A DNA stretch of 64,000 nucleotides, taken from positions 16,988,001 to 17,052,000 of the forward strand of contig CATNEN010000001.1 in assembly GCA_950097015.1 (NCBI GenBank), read 5' to 3'. Each line of letters starts with the position of its first letter. The first letter of the stretch is position 1. The position numbers and the translations under genes are program-made. Source of the stretch: Macrostomum hystrix (taxonomy: Eukaryota; Animalia; Platyhelminthes). The notes under the pieces were generated by a model, which did not search any database, was not told the origin of the DNA, and worked only from the letters and a program-made list of their open reading frames with translations. Of this stretch, positions 39,732 through 50,958 are shown piece by piece.

Positions 39732-42700
39732 TTAGATTAGACCACGCTGGTACCCCTGCTGTTGCTGCGGCGGTGGCGGTGGCTGCGGCAGCTGCCGACG
39801 ACGCTGCTGCTGCTGCTGCTGCTGCTGCTGACTAGACGATGTGGCAACAACGCGAAGCTGACGATCGCTGCGAAAGTCCTCCGGGTCGCCAGACCAGAGA
39901 CCACCAGAGCCGGAGTGCTGATGCTGCGGCGCCGGGGGTGACTGCTGCTGCTGCTGCTGCTGATGTTGCTGATTTTGGTTACGAAATGACTAAAAATTGT
40001 AAGCGTTGAAAATCAATTCAACTTGAGTTAATTTAGATCTCGGCCGAAAAGATTAGAAGGGGAAGAGAGGGGAGAAGGGGAATAGAGAGGAGAAGGGGAA
40101 GAGATAATGTGGGGATTTAGATCATAGACTATAACTCAGCACAAAGGCAAGAATCGAAGTGATTTAGCTGGTGTAGCCTTCATATCTCACCTGCTGATGA
40201 GTCGGCGGTGGCTGTGCAGCAGCCGAGTGGCTGGGCGCGGCCCCGTTGAGTCCAAGAAGCCGTTCGGCTTTGCTCAGCATCGAAGGCGGATGGGTGGCCT
40301 TCCAGTAGGCCTCCAGGTACTCGGCCAGGTGTTGGCAGGCGTCTTCTAGTTGGTTCTCGTCAAGGGATACGTCGAATTGGTCCTGGAAACAGTGGGCTAG
40401 CGGATGGCATGCTGCACTCCAATAGGTCACTCTTCAGAGCACACCGATCTGGTCACTCTTCAGAGCACTCCGATCTGGTCACTCTTCAGAGCACTCCGAT
40501 CTGGTCTCTCTTCAGAGCACTCCGATCTGGTCACTCTTCAGAGCACTCCGATCTGGTCACTCTTCAGAGCACTCCGATCTAGTCACTCTTCAGAGCACTC
40601 CGATCCGGTCACTCTTCAGAGCACTCCGATCTGGTCGCTCTTCAGAGCACTCCGATCTGGTCACTCTTCAGAGCACTCCAATCTGGTCACTCTACAGAGC
40701 ACTCCGATCCGGTCACTCTTCAGAGCACTCCGATCTGGTCACTCTTCAGAGCACTCCGATCCGGTCACTCTTCAGAGCACTCCGATCTGGTCACTCTTCA
40801 GAGCACTCCGATCCGGTCACTCTTCAGAGCACTCCGATCTGGTCGCTCTTCAGAGCACTCCGATCTGGTCGCTCTTCAGAGCACTCCGATCTGGTCACTC
40901 TTCAGAGCACTCCGATCCGGTCACTCTTCAGAGCACTCCGATCTGGTCCCTCTTCAGAGCACTCCAATCTGGTCACTCTACAGAGCACTCCGATCTGGTT
41001 ACTCTACGGAGCACTCAGATCTAGTCACTGTTCAGAGCACTCCAATCTTATCACTATGCAGAGCACAATCCACTTTAAACACTCTAAACACACACAATTA
41101 TCGCAAACGAATCGCTCGACAATTTAAGCCATCAGTGGAACTCACCGGACTGCACAGCAGCAGTTTCTCAGCCAGGCTGAGCTGCTGAGTCATGTTTCTA
41201 GTCTGAGATTTGCCTCGACTTTTAATTAGACGCTGTAACACCTTGATGGAGTTGATCTTCAGATAGACAATGATGGGAGCCAGCGAAGTCTTGGCCAGCT
41301 GACCGGGGTGGTTGATGGTGTCGCAGTCCAGCACCACCAGCTGGAGGGTGCGCGCCAGCTCGAAGATGCGCTCGATCTCCTGCTGGACCTCGGCTGAACA
41401 TCCGGGGTGAAACGGAGGTAAGGAATACATAGAAGTAGCAGGCTGGGACAATGGGAAAATAAGGAAATTAATGGGAAGAGATTGTTTGAGAAGTGAAAGA
41501 AAGCGGAGAAGGGGAAGAAACTGGAGAAGGGGAAGAAAGTGGAGAAGGGGATAAAAGTGGAGAAGGGGAAGAAAGTGGAGAAGTGAAAGAAAGCGCAGAA
41601 GGGGAAGAAAGTGGAGAAGGGGAAGAAAGTGGAGAAGGGGAAGAAAGTGGAGAAGGGGAAGAAAGTGGAGAAGGGGAAGAAAGTGGAGAAGGGGAAGAAA
41701 GTGGAGAAATGAAAGAAAGCGCAGAAGGGGAAGAAAGTGGAGAAGGGAAAGAAAGTGGAGAAGGGGAAGAAAGTGGAGAAGGGGAAGAAAGTGGAGAAGG
41801 GGAAGAAAGTGGAGAAATGAAAGAAAGCGCAGAAGGGGAAGAAAGTGGAGAAGGGGAAGAAAGTGGAGAAGGGGAAGAAAGTGGAGAAGGGGAAGAAAGT
41901 GTAGAAGGGGAAGAAAGTGGAGAAATGAAAGAAAGCGCAGAAGGGGAAGAAAGTGGAGAAGGGGAAGAAAGTGGAGAAGGGGAAGAAAGTGGAGAAGGGG
42001 AAGAAAGTGGAGAAGGGGAAGAAAGTGGAGAAGGGGAAGAAAGTGGAGAGTGGGAAGAGAGGAAAATTGTGAGGAGAGGGGAGAATAGGAAGATGGGGAG
42101 AATGGGAAAGAAGAGGAAAATGGGAAAGGAAGGGAATAGTAGGTCAAGATAGGGACAAGTGAAAGCGAGGCGAGAAGGGTAAGAGCAAAGAAGAATAAGA
42201 AGAAAAGGGGAGATGGGAAGAGAAGGCCGGTAGCTCACCAATGTTGCTGGCTCGGCTGCCCCTCTCAATCAAGGCGCGCCTGCCGGGATTGTTCAGCACG
42301 CTTCTCTTTGCCAGAGAAATATCCGAGGAAACCTGCGTGATGATGATGCGGCCTTCGAAGCGACGTTTAAGAAAGTCGAACACGGCGCGTTGCATCATGT
42401 CTGTCACTTCGTAGCCTTTGAGGCTGGGGCCAAGCAGGATGACTGGCCGCATGGAGGGAACCACTTCATAGGGCGGCGCGGCGTCCGTCTGAAATTATTG
42501 CCGAATTTCTCAGTTACTCCTAGGAAAATTTCCGATAAAATCCTGGGAAAATTTCCCATGAAGTCCTGTAAAGATCTCTCTTGAAATCCTGGGGAGATTT
42601 CCCTTGAAATCCTGGGGAGATTTCCCTTGAAACCCTGGGGATATTTCCCTTGAAATCCTGGTAAGATCTCTCTTGAAATCCTGGGGAGATTTCCCTTGAA

Positions 42701-45700
42701 ATCCTGGGAAGATCTCTCTTGAAATCCTGAGAAGATCTCTCTTGAAATCCTGAGAAGATCTCTCTTGAAATCCTGAGAAGATCTCTCTTGAAATCCTGGG
42801 GAGATTTCTCTTCAAATCCAGCCATCCCAGGATTTGAGAAGAAGGGAACCTTCTTTACCTTCTTGAAGAAGGCTTTCTTCCTAGCCGCATCATTAGTTCT
42901 TCCGCCGGCGCCGCGTCCCAGCGAGTCGGAGTCGCCCTTGTCTGACTCGTCAGGCGCGTCAACAACCAGAGGACCCGGTGCGGCCGGCGGGGTGCCTTGG
43001 ATAGAGGGAAGACGGCACTTGCTTTATTGATCACTATGAGCAGCAACATATGGTTGAGCAGTTTCCTCTTTTTACTTAAGAACCACTATGACCGGTCATT
43101 GCCCTCTTTCACCATAACCTCTATGACCGGTCATTACCCCATTTCACCATAACCTCTATGACCGGTCATTGCCCTATTTCACCATAACCTCTATGACCGG
43201 TCATTGCCCTCTTTCACCATAACCTCTATGACCGGTCATTACCCAATTTCACCATAACCTCTATGACCGGTCATTGCCCTCTTTCACCATAACCTCTATG
43301 ACCGGTCATTGCCCTATTTCACCATAACCTCTATGACCGGTCATTGCCCTCTTTCACCATAACCTCTATGACCGGTCATTGCCCTCTTTCACCATAACCT
43401 CTATGACCGGTCATTGCCCTCTTTCACCATAACCTCTATGACCGGTCATTGCCCTCTTTCACCATAACCTTATGACCGGTCATTGCCCTCTTTCACCATA
43501 ACCTCTATGACCGGTCATTACCCCATTTCACCATAACCTCTATGACCGGTCATTGCCCTATTTCACCATAACCTCTATGACCGGTCATTGCCCTATTTCA
43601 CCATAACCTCTATGACCGGTCATTGCCCTATTTCACCATAACCTCTATGACCGGTCATTGCCCTATTTCACCATAACCTCTATGACCGGTCATTGCCCTA
43701 TTTCACCATAACCTCTATGACCGGTCATTGCCCTATTTCACAATGGCTTCTAAGATCGGTCATCAACGCACTGCTCATTGTCTCTACGATGATTGATTCT
43801 AACCGGTCATTGCCTAGCCAAATGAGTCATGGCGTCACTAAATGACCGCCGAAAGCTCACCTGTCGCAGGAGCACCTGCGGATCCGCCGCTCCTAGAAGT
43901 CGCCGCCCGCTGTTGAACCCTCAGATTGTCCAGCCGAGCTGGCGAAGGTACAAACTGACAGTCGCAGCCTTCTCGCACCAGGCGGCCAATCCACCAGTAG
44001 CTGTCGAATTTCTCTTTAATGTGCAGAAAATCTTTTGCAGCAAAGGTGATGGCCTGGCCTTTCACCGGACACTCGGAATCGTTGGCGCCGTCGTAGGCAA
44101 CGTTGGTCCTGACGGCGAAGGCCACCGGCTTTGTCTTGGCCTTCTCTAGCTGCTCAGCGGCTAGCTTCTGGCGCTCCCGCTTAGTCTCCTCGTCCACACT
44201 GGCCCCGGCAGAGCTCTGATCGTCCGAGTAGCTGGATTCCACGCTGCCCTGCCATGCGCAAATTGTTCTACTTATAGTACTCGTAGACACAAGTAAATTC
44301 TTTTTTTTACTAAGTTAATGTGTAGAATTACAGTCAGTGTGGCACAGACGACTGTGTACAGCCGTTCAGTCCATGGACTAGGAAACCGCAACTAACACAC
44401 CAAATGCTTGTACCCATTTTTCAGTTATTTAATTAACAATAGGAAGACGAAGCTAGTTCACTGCCTAACCACCTCACAATGGCTCCCAAACCGAATAAAG
44501 GATTTTCATGTCCACCTTCAAGTCCACCATATTAACAGTAGGACTACCAAGCCATTTTGCCGCCCGTTTTTATACCAAGGGGGGGGAATTCCCCTTGAAA
44601 TTGGAGAAATTGGCGTCAGGGTGTCCTTAGTGGCCTAGTTCCACCTGTTGTAGCTCTTGAAGGTCTAGATAGATAAGAGAGATAGATCTAGATGAAGGTC
44701 GGTGACCGCCGAAGTCGGAGATGATGCAAGCACATTCGGGTGACATGCTGATAAAGTTTGAAGGTCTGGAAAGGCCGCACTGAGGCGCAGTGCAAATTCG
44801 TGTATAGGGGTGTATGAAATACACTAGCTCTTATGGGAAAAATCGGACCTTCGGCCAGAAACATTGAATATCTCGACGGTCTGAAGAGCTGGCGACTTGT
44901 TTCTTGTTTCAGAAGAAGCGCAACAAAAAGTTGGGCCGTGTTCTTGAGTTTCGTGTGCTTGCATTGTTCCGTTCGGGTTCCCCCTTGGTAGTTCTACTGT
45001 TAATCAAAATTTTCCACCCTGTACGATGAAATTTTTTTTCAACGCCATCCGACCTCAGCATCGTCTAGATATTCAGTGATTTTCGTCTAAGGAAGAAAAA
45101 GTGAAGAATCTGTAACTTTAACTTTTTTGAAAATATTAATTTCAAAATGAATAGAAATATTTTTTCAATTCTAACCTTGCTTCCGGTTCAGACTAAAAGA
45201 AAAATTTCGTCTATTAGTACAACATCCTTTCCTCTCAGTCTTTAGAATTAGTTCCCCCAAAGAAAACTTTTTTCTTGCATTCAAAGTTTTAGAAGCAAAC
45301 CGATTGTCATTCATTCTTGGCATTTACTTGTCAACGTGCAAGATTTGAACAGCTGCATTCTAGGGGCAGAGCTGCACGGATACAAGAAAGAATGCAAAAA
45401 TGCCTCTATGTGTCGGACAGCCAATCAACGCTAGCTGCTACAGGATGGCTAAATGTGCTGTGCCACAATAACAGGAAAGTTTTTTTCTACATCTTTTAAA
45501 GCAAGATGCACATTCCGATCACAAGAACTGAACGATTCGAAAAAAGTGCAAAAGTGTTTTTGCACTTTTTTCCACCCCAGAATCGGGGACAAGTTAACGA
45601 TAAACGCGTTTGCCATACGCACCGAGGTCCCTGAGGTAGATTTCGCGGCGAGGCCACATTCATTTGGGGCTAAGGGGTTGCAGCCTATTGACTAGATCAT

Positions 45701-47672
45701 CGGACTAACAATTTGAAGGTCGAGGGTTCGATTTCAGACTCAACTGCAACAATTTGTGCTAATTATCAGCATACTTAACCCAGCATTGACTCAGTTCACA
45801 GCTGTTTAATGGGCACCGGAATTAAATGGAATAATTGAGGCTGGCTTTGGCTTTGGCGCCTCCCCCAGTCCATGGACTGAACAGCTGTACGCATTCTTCA
45901 GATGCGCCACGCAATAGCTGGACGAGATGGGCAGGTGTCTTCAGTAATATTAACAGTTCGACTACCAAGTCATTTTGGAGCGTGGTTTTATACCAACGGG
46001 GGTTTGGCAACGCCTGAATGCTAACAGCGTTGCGTGGTGACTGATTGGTTGACAGACTAGACGATGGTGTCCTGTGGTTGAGCTGCGCCTTGTAAGTAGG
46101 CTTGATCAGTAAAATTAGAGAAATTCGCGTAAGGGCGTCCATAGTGGCCTAGCTCCAACTTTTGTAGCCATTGAAGGTCCAGCAGTCCGCAAATATAAGG
46201 TTAGGTGACCACCGAAGACGGAGATGTTGCAGGCACATTCGGGTGACGTGCTGATAAATTTTGAAGGCCTGGCAAGGCCGCACTGAGGTGCAGTGCTGAT
46301 TCGTGTATAGGGTGTGTATGAAATGCACTAGCGCTTATGGTAAAAATCCGACCTTCGGCCAGAACCATTGAATATCTCGACGGTCCGAAGAGCTGGCGAA
46401 CTGATTTTTGTTTCAGAAGATGCGCAACAAAAAGTAGGTCCGTGTTGTTGAGTTTCGTGTGCCTGCGTTGCTCCGTTCGGGTGCAGCGCAAAATTTTGTC
46501 AGGGGGAATTCCCCCACCCCAATTGGTAGCTCTACTGTTAATTCTACGATAACAAAAGAGAGTTAAAGAGATTTAAGGGAATTTATCAATTTTTTGACTG
46601 TAAAAAGAAAAATATTTAGTTGATTTGTGCCAGATATTAGAAAACGAGTAGAAACTAAAATAGAAAACTTGTAATGGTAATCAGACCTGTCGAATGAGGG
46701 AGCCCTGGCTAGATGGGTTGCTGTCGGCTCGAACAAAGTCATGTTGCTGCGGCTGCTGCTGTTGCTGCCTAGAATTTAGACCAGCTCTGTGGACTTGGAT
46801 GCCCACTGGATTTGTGCGGTATTGCTAAATTGTTAATAAAAAACAATAATTTATGTGAGACAAGATTTGCAATTAACTCAAACAGAGTAGAATGACTTAA
46901 TAAGAATAATAATAATAATAATTTAAACAAATATAATTACAGGAGGGCCGTGGGCAATGGCACATGATTTTGGTAAAACTGAACCTGCTGCAAGCAAGAA
47001 GACAATTCCAGACTCATGAGCACACACACATAAACTTTAAAAATACAGATGCTCACACATGACTTTCTCAGTGTGAGGTAAAAAATAATTTTCAAATTTA
47101 GCTCATTTCAGTTATACAATTCAGTTATTCAGTTAGCAAAAATATGCACATACTGCAGCATACATTATGAACTAGGTATATTCACACTTGTGAGAAAGAT
47201 GCATGTAAAATTTTAACCTTACCAGTAAATAAATATTTGCTAAGTTAGTAAAAGAATTGCTAGTTTATAAGTTTACTTTTATTCATGTAGCAAATCAATA
47301 TAGCACTGCCAAAAATAAAGGATTAAAAAACACATTAATCTGCCATAAATTTCTTATTTTATGTCAATATAAACTTTCACTATGCCTTTCGGATTAGTCA
47401 TAGGCTCTAAAGCCAAAGGCATAATCGCATGACAAGCCAAATAAGCTTTCTCTCAGCGGCTGCATCCCAAATGAATGTGTGTAGCCAGTGAATCGAGCTT
47501 TGTGACCTTGGTGTGAGAGGTAGATTTAACAGACCGCTCTGCCACTAACCTAAAGTAAAAAAAGTTATTGCAAAGTAGCTACTCTAAGTTTGAAATGACA
47601 GAATTTTCGTTTTTAACAGATACAACGCCTTAAAAAAACAATACTCACGTCGTCGATAATTCCGAAGCTCAT
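39732..47672 (-). CDS. CACNB: Voltage-gated calcium channel beta subunit; exons 47672-47649, 46824-46687, 44248-43861, 42995-42859, 42488-42239, 41393-41146, 40382-40191, 39989-39732
   Basis: SH3 region ([30 protein letters not shown]), HOOK (KKAFFKK), [34 protein letters not shown] domain ([51 protein letters not shown]). All introns GT-AG with matching phases. The two 5'-most exons are less certain. Confidence 0.93.
40425..41065. repeat. 26-bp minisatellite (GGTCACTCTTCAGAGCACTCCGATCT), CACNB intron
   Basis: About 24 copies. Confidence 0.96.
41490..42055. repeat. 18-bp purine-rich minisatellite (GGAGAAGGGGAAGAAAGT), CACNB intron
   Basis: About 30 copies. Confidence 0.96.
42515..42820. repeat. 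23-bp minisatellite (GAAATCCTGAGAAGATCTCTCTT and variants), CACNB intron
   Basis: About 12 copies. Confidence 0.93.
43085..43812. repeat. 35-bp minisatellite with palindromic core ATGACCGGTCAT, CACNB intron
   Basis: About 19 copies. Confidence 0.96.
44530..45005. mobile_element. Unclassified interspersed repeat, copy 1 (homologous to 45950-46545)
   Basis: Collinear shared blocks: ACTACCAAG.CATTTTG, AGTGGCCTAG, GCACATTCGGGTGAC.TGCTGATAAA, GGCCGCACTGAGG.GCAGTGC, ACCTTCGGCCAGAA.CATTGAATATCTCGACGGTC. Confidence 0.7.
45590..45690 (+). mobile_element. SINE family A, 5' fragment
   Basis: AACGCGTTTGCC..CGCACC..GGTCC..GATTTCGCGGCGAGGCCACATTCATTTG matches the head of copies 10262-10582 and 13411-13800. 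Confidence 0.65.
45695..45930 (+). mobile_element. Second tRNA-type SINE-like element (family B)
   Basis: B box GGTTCGATTTC near 45725; the 3' part CCCCAGTCCATGGACTGAACAGCTGTA.GCA..CTTCAGATG recurs inverted at 48670-48790, with fragments near 23495 and 44355. Confidence 0.55.
45950..46545. mobile_element. Unclassified interspersed repeat, copy 2 (homologous to 44530-45005)
   Basis: See copy 1; same orientation. Confidence 0.7.
46945..47547 (-). mobile_element. SINE family A, degenerate copy interrupted by ~300 bp (tail 46945-47075, head ~47378-47547)
   Basis: Plus strand shows GACCGCTCTGCCACT, GAATCGAGCTT, GCATGACAAGCC, TGAGCACACACAC and GGGCAATGGCACAT; adjacent (AAT)n tail. Confidence 0.65.
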
Positions 47673-48141
47673 TGAAATGCCCCATTCAAATCATGTTATG
47701 CATAGCTTAAATAAAAATACTTGCGTCAAGGGAATAATCTTTAGAAACGCCTCTGTGAAACAGGAATGAATCGTCAGTTGCAGATAAGCTAGAATGTAAG
47801 AAGTCACATTATTTTTTAATTAAGATACAAAAGCTGTATGATTTAGGATGCAGCTTGCTGATAATGCTTCCTAGAAAAATCGATTAATTGAATTCCATGA
47901 TCAAAATAGCGCGGCTGAATCGGATAAAGTTGGTTATTTATTTTTCATGAATCAAAAGTATTTGTATTAACCCGTAGTTTTCAGTCACTTAAATGACTTT
48001 TTACATTTAAGTTACCATGAAAATAACAGAAACTTTGTTTACATTCGTAAAGCGTCATCTCTCAAATTCGGCAAATTCAAAATTTTGTTAATTAATGCAC
48101 GATATGCCGATACGGTCTAGTTAGCAAATTGTTTTGCCAAC

Positions 48142-48335
48142 TGTTTGAATTAACAAATTAGCTAAATAGTTGGCAAAACTAACAGCCAAAAAATGTAATT
48201 AACTTACGTGGTTGGATTAAAATCATTTTGAAATGTGTTGTACCTTTATAGCTATATAGTTGCTACTGTTATAGTAATTAATTTTTTTGGCTGTTAGTTT
48301 TGCCAAAATATTTAGCTAATTTGTTAATTCAAACA
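48142..48335. repeat. Long inverted repeat (~52-bp arms, ~90-bp spacer), MITE/foldback-like
   Basis: TGTTTGAATTAACAAATTAGCTAAATA..TTGGCAAAACTAACAGCCAAAAAA at 48142-48193 and its reverse complement at 48282-48335. Confidence 0.85.
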
Positions 48336-48664
48336 ATTTAGGCCAAATTAAGAATATTTAGCTATCATATTTTGAGCCATTAAATGTGCTAGTCTATAGT
48401 CTATATAGATTCAAGACACTATAATATAATATATATGTGAAAATAAGACTTTTATAAACAAAGCTATATAAAAACAATGGAGCTTAATGTTGGGCATGCT
48501 GTACTAAGATAAACGGATTTGTGCTTGCTCCAGATCAAAAGCAATAGTTGATTATGTGCTGAAAAAATGACTTTTTCATATCTCTGCAGTGTATTTTTTT
48601 CCAAGAAATCGGCCTTCTAAAAATTTACACGATCTTTGAGTTTCCCGTCCTGTTATACTACAGT

Positions 48665-48800
48665 GGTCCTTGACACAGCCATTGCACAGAACATCTGAAG
48701 GCTGCATACAGCTGTTCAGTCCATGGACTGGGGGATGCCACACCCACCTTAAATTATCCTAGCTGATGCTGGTACCTATTTAACAACTGTCCCTAAGGTA
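48665..48800 (-). mobile_element. SINE-like family B, partial copy
   Basis: Reverse complement aligns with 45800-45920. Confidence 0.55.
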
Positions 48801-50958
48801 GACCTATAAGGCACCATAGTCAGGAAGGTGGCACAGCATGCGCCGGAATAAATTTTGGAAGGACAATCTGTGCACCATCTGTGTACTGTCTGTGTGCTGT
48901 TTCTGTTCCCTAACCTTGACCCTCGAGACAGAAAAGCACCCTATGTTAACCCGAGACCTTTCGTGTGCATTGCACTTGTGTGCCGAGACCCTTTGTGTGC
49001 GCAGGAATTTCCCACTTCAAAGGCCATCTTCCTGACTATGGATAGGCCTAAGGCACAGGAATCAACACTGATGAGTGGCAGTCATTGGATTATATGTAAA
49101 ACCACTTTTCATGAACCTCAATTTAGTAGATGGACCCCAATCACCCAAAAATCCACATAGACAAAGCTGGATCCTAATCACTTTGACAACCATTTCATGA
49201 AATTGCTGAGGCAATCAATCTTTGGTTGACAAAGTGACCAAGCTTTCTTGGCTGTTTTTAAAGCTAGCAATGTTCAATGTGCAACATGACTATGACACAT
49301 TAAACAATAAATCCTCTGTTGCTTGGGCTGAGGGGTTGCAATCTGTAGCTGCTTTACTGCTATAGCTCTGCTTGGTTGCTTCAATGCCACAGATGATGGC
49401 ACATGTTATAGCAATGCCACATGTTTAAACTCTTTGTAGATTATGATTTTCTGTGTAATTATGTTTTTATACCTTTTGATAACTTACCTGGTTTCTATTT
49501 CATTGCAGATTTTCTTGAGTATCAATTTGCCAATTAATCAGATTACATAGGATTAAATGGCGATCTCAATAAACAACTCCTCTATGCAAAGGGACCAAAT
49601 ACAGGGATGAGTCCAGTTGATGACCATTTGACAAAATGGCAGTTGACAAAGTGATCAGCAGCCACACAATTGAGGGGTCCTAACTTTCTTATATCACTTG
49701 CTTGATTTGTTCCATGTAGTTTAATATCCCATATCATATTGTCTCTAAAATAGCTAAATATTGTGAAATTAATCTAAAATAAAAAATAATTATTCACAGT
49801 TAACTAGGATATTACCAGAGGGGCATATACAGTACCTATTAGTGTGTGTACTCTTAGGCTATATAGCTCACCTTTTTGTGATTATTCACTCCTCAATTAT
49901 TAGCTCTGCATCAAAACAGCTCTTTTTTCTTTGTAATACAAAAATATATGGGTTTGTGTAACAGGGCTCAACACTCTGTCTTCCTCTCTCTTGGTAGTGT
50001 ATCGCTCGGCATGAGCAGTTTATCCTTTTAAGGCACTGGTCTCTTATTCTCCAGTCTTTGCTGGGCATTTTCTGTGGATCAGAGGGTCACAGCCTCAAAT
50101 AACCAACTCAGCACTTAAACACTCTTTTACCTTCTTACTCAATTATAGTTTATTTGCTTTTTACCTTACTAGCACATTTGTCTGTCTCACAGAAATTCCA
50201 ACTGTTTATATAGACAAAAAGGCTTGTTAAAGTGAGTGAATTTGACAGAATATTTATAATATTTTATATATAATTTTTAGTGCATTTAAACAAAGTGCAT
50301 ATGTATGAATTAGACTTTCAAACAAGATTTACAAAAACATCCCTACTACATTTGTCAATGTGTGTGTTTACTGTGCTTTTTGTACCAAATATTAGCTAGC
50401 TATTGAAATTAAGTTTGACTTTCAAGTAAACCAGTTGGTCAATTAATATTACAATGCATATTTATTGTACTGAGACTTTAAGAAAATGTTATTTTTTATA
50501 CCTTTTTTAAGACCATATTTAAACAATTTAGGTATGGTATATAATCCCATTTCCTTAATCTATCTACTCTGCCTAATGCGCTACTTGGCTATATTAAAAT
50601 TTTCTTTTTAGAGCTTTAACACAAAATTCATTTAGGTTCAAAAGCCTAGCTTATAAAAATAAAAACTCATACTCATGTTACTTCAGGCTGTCCATAATAA
50701 GTATTCTCACGCAGGTTGCTCATACTCATACGCAGGTTGCTGTTCACACGTTGTTTCTTAACCTTTCAAATAAAAAATCAATATCTGAATATATTTCAGA
50801 GCTAAATGAAGCAATAAAAATGTATTGATTATTTATTAGTTAAGTTTGCTAAGTGTTTAATTATGCCATTTTTTTACAATTTTCAGAGGCAAAATTAATC
50901 TCATTCAAATAAAAATCCTCTAGTACCCAGAAAAAGAATTGAGAAAATCTGACAGTTC

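Noticed and set aside
41493-42152. Glu/Gly-rich 219-aa ORF and the LHFLPL extension of ORF 41098..42147
   Set aside because: 18-bp intronic minisatellite; only 41393-41146 is a real CACNB exon
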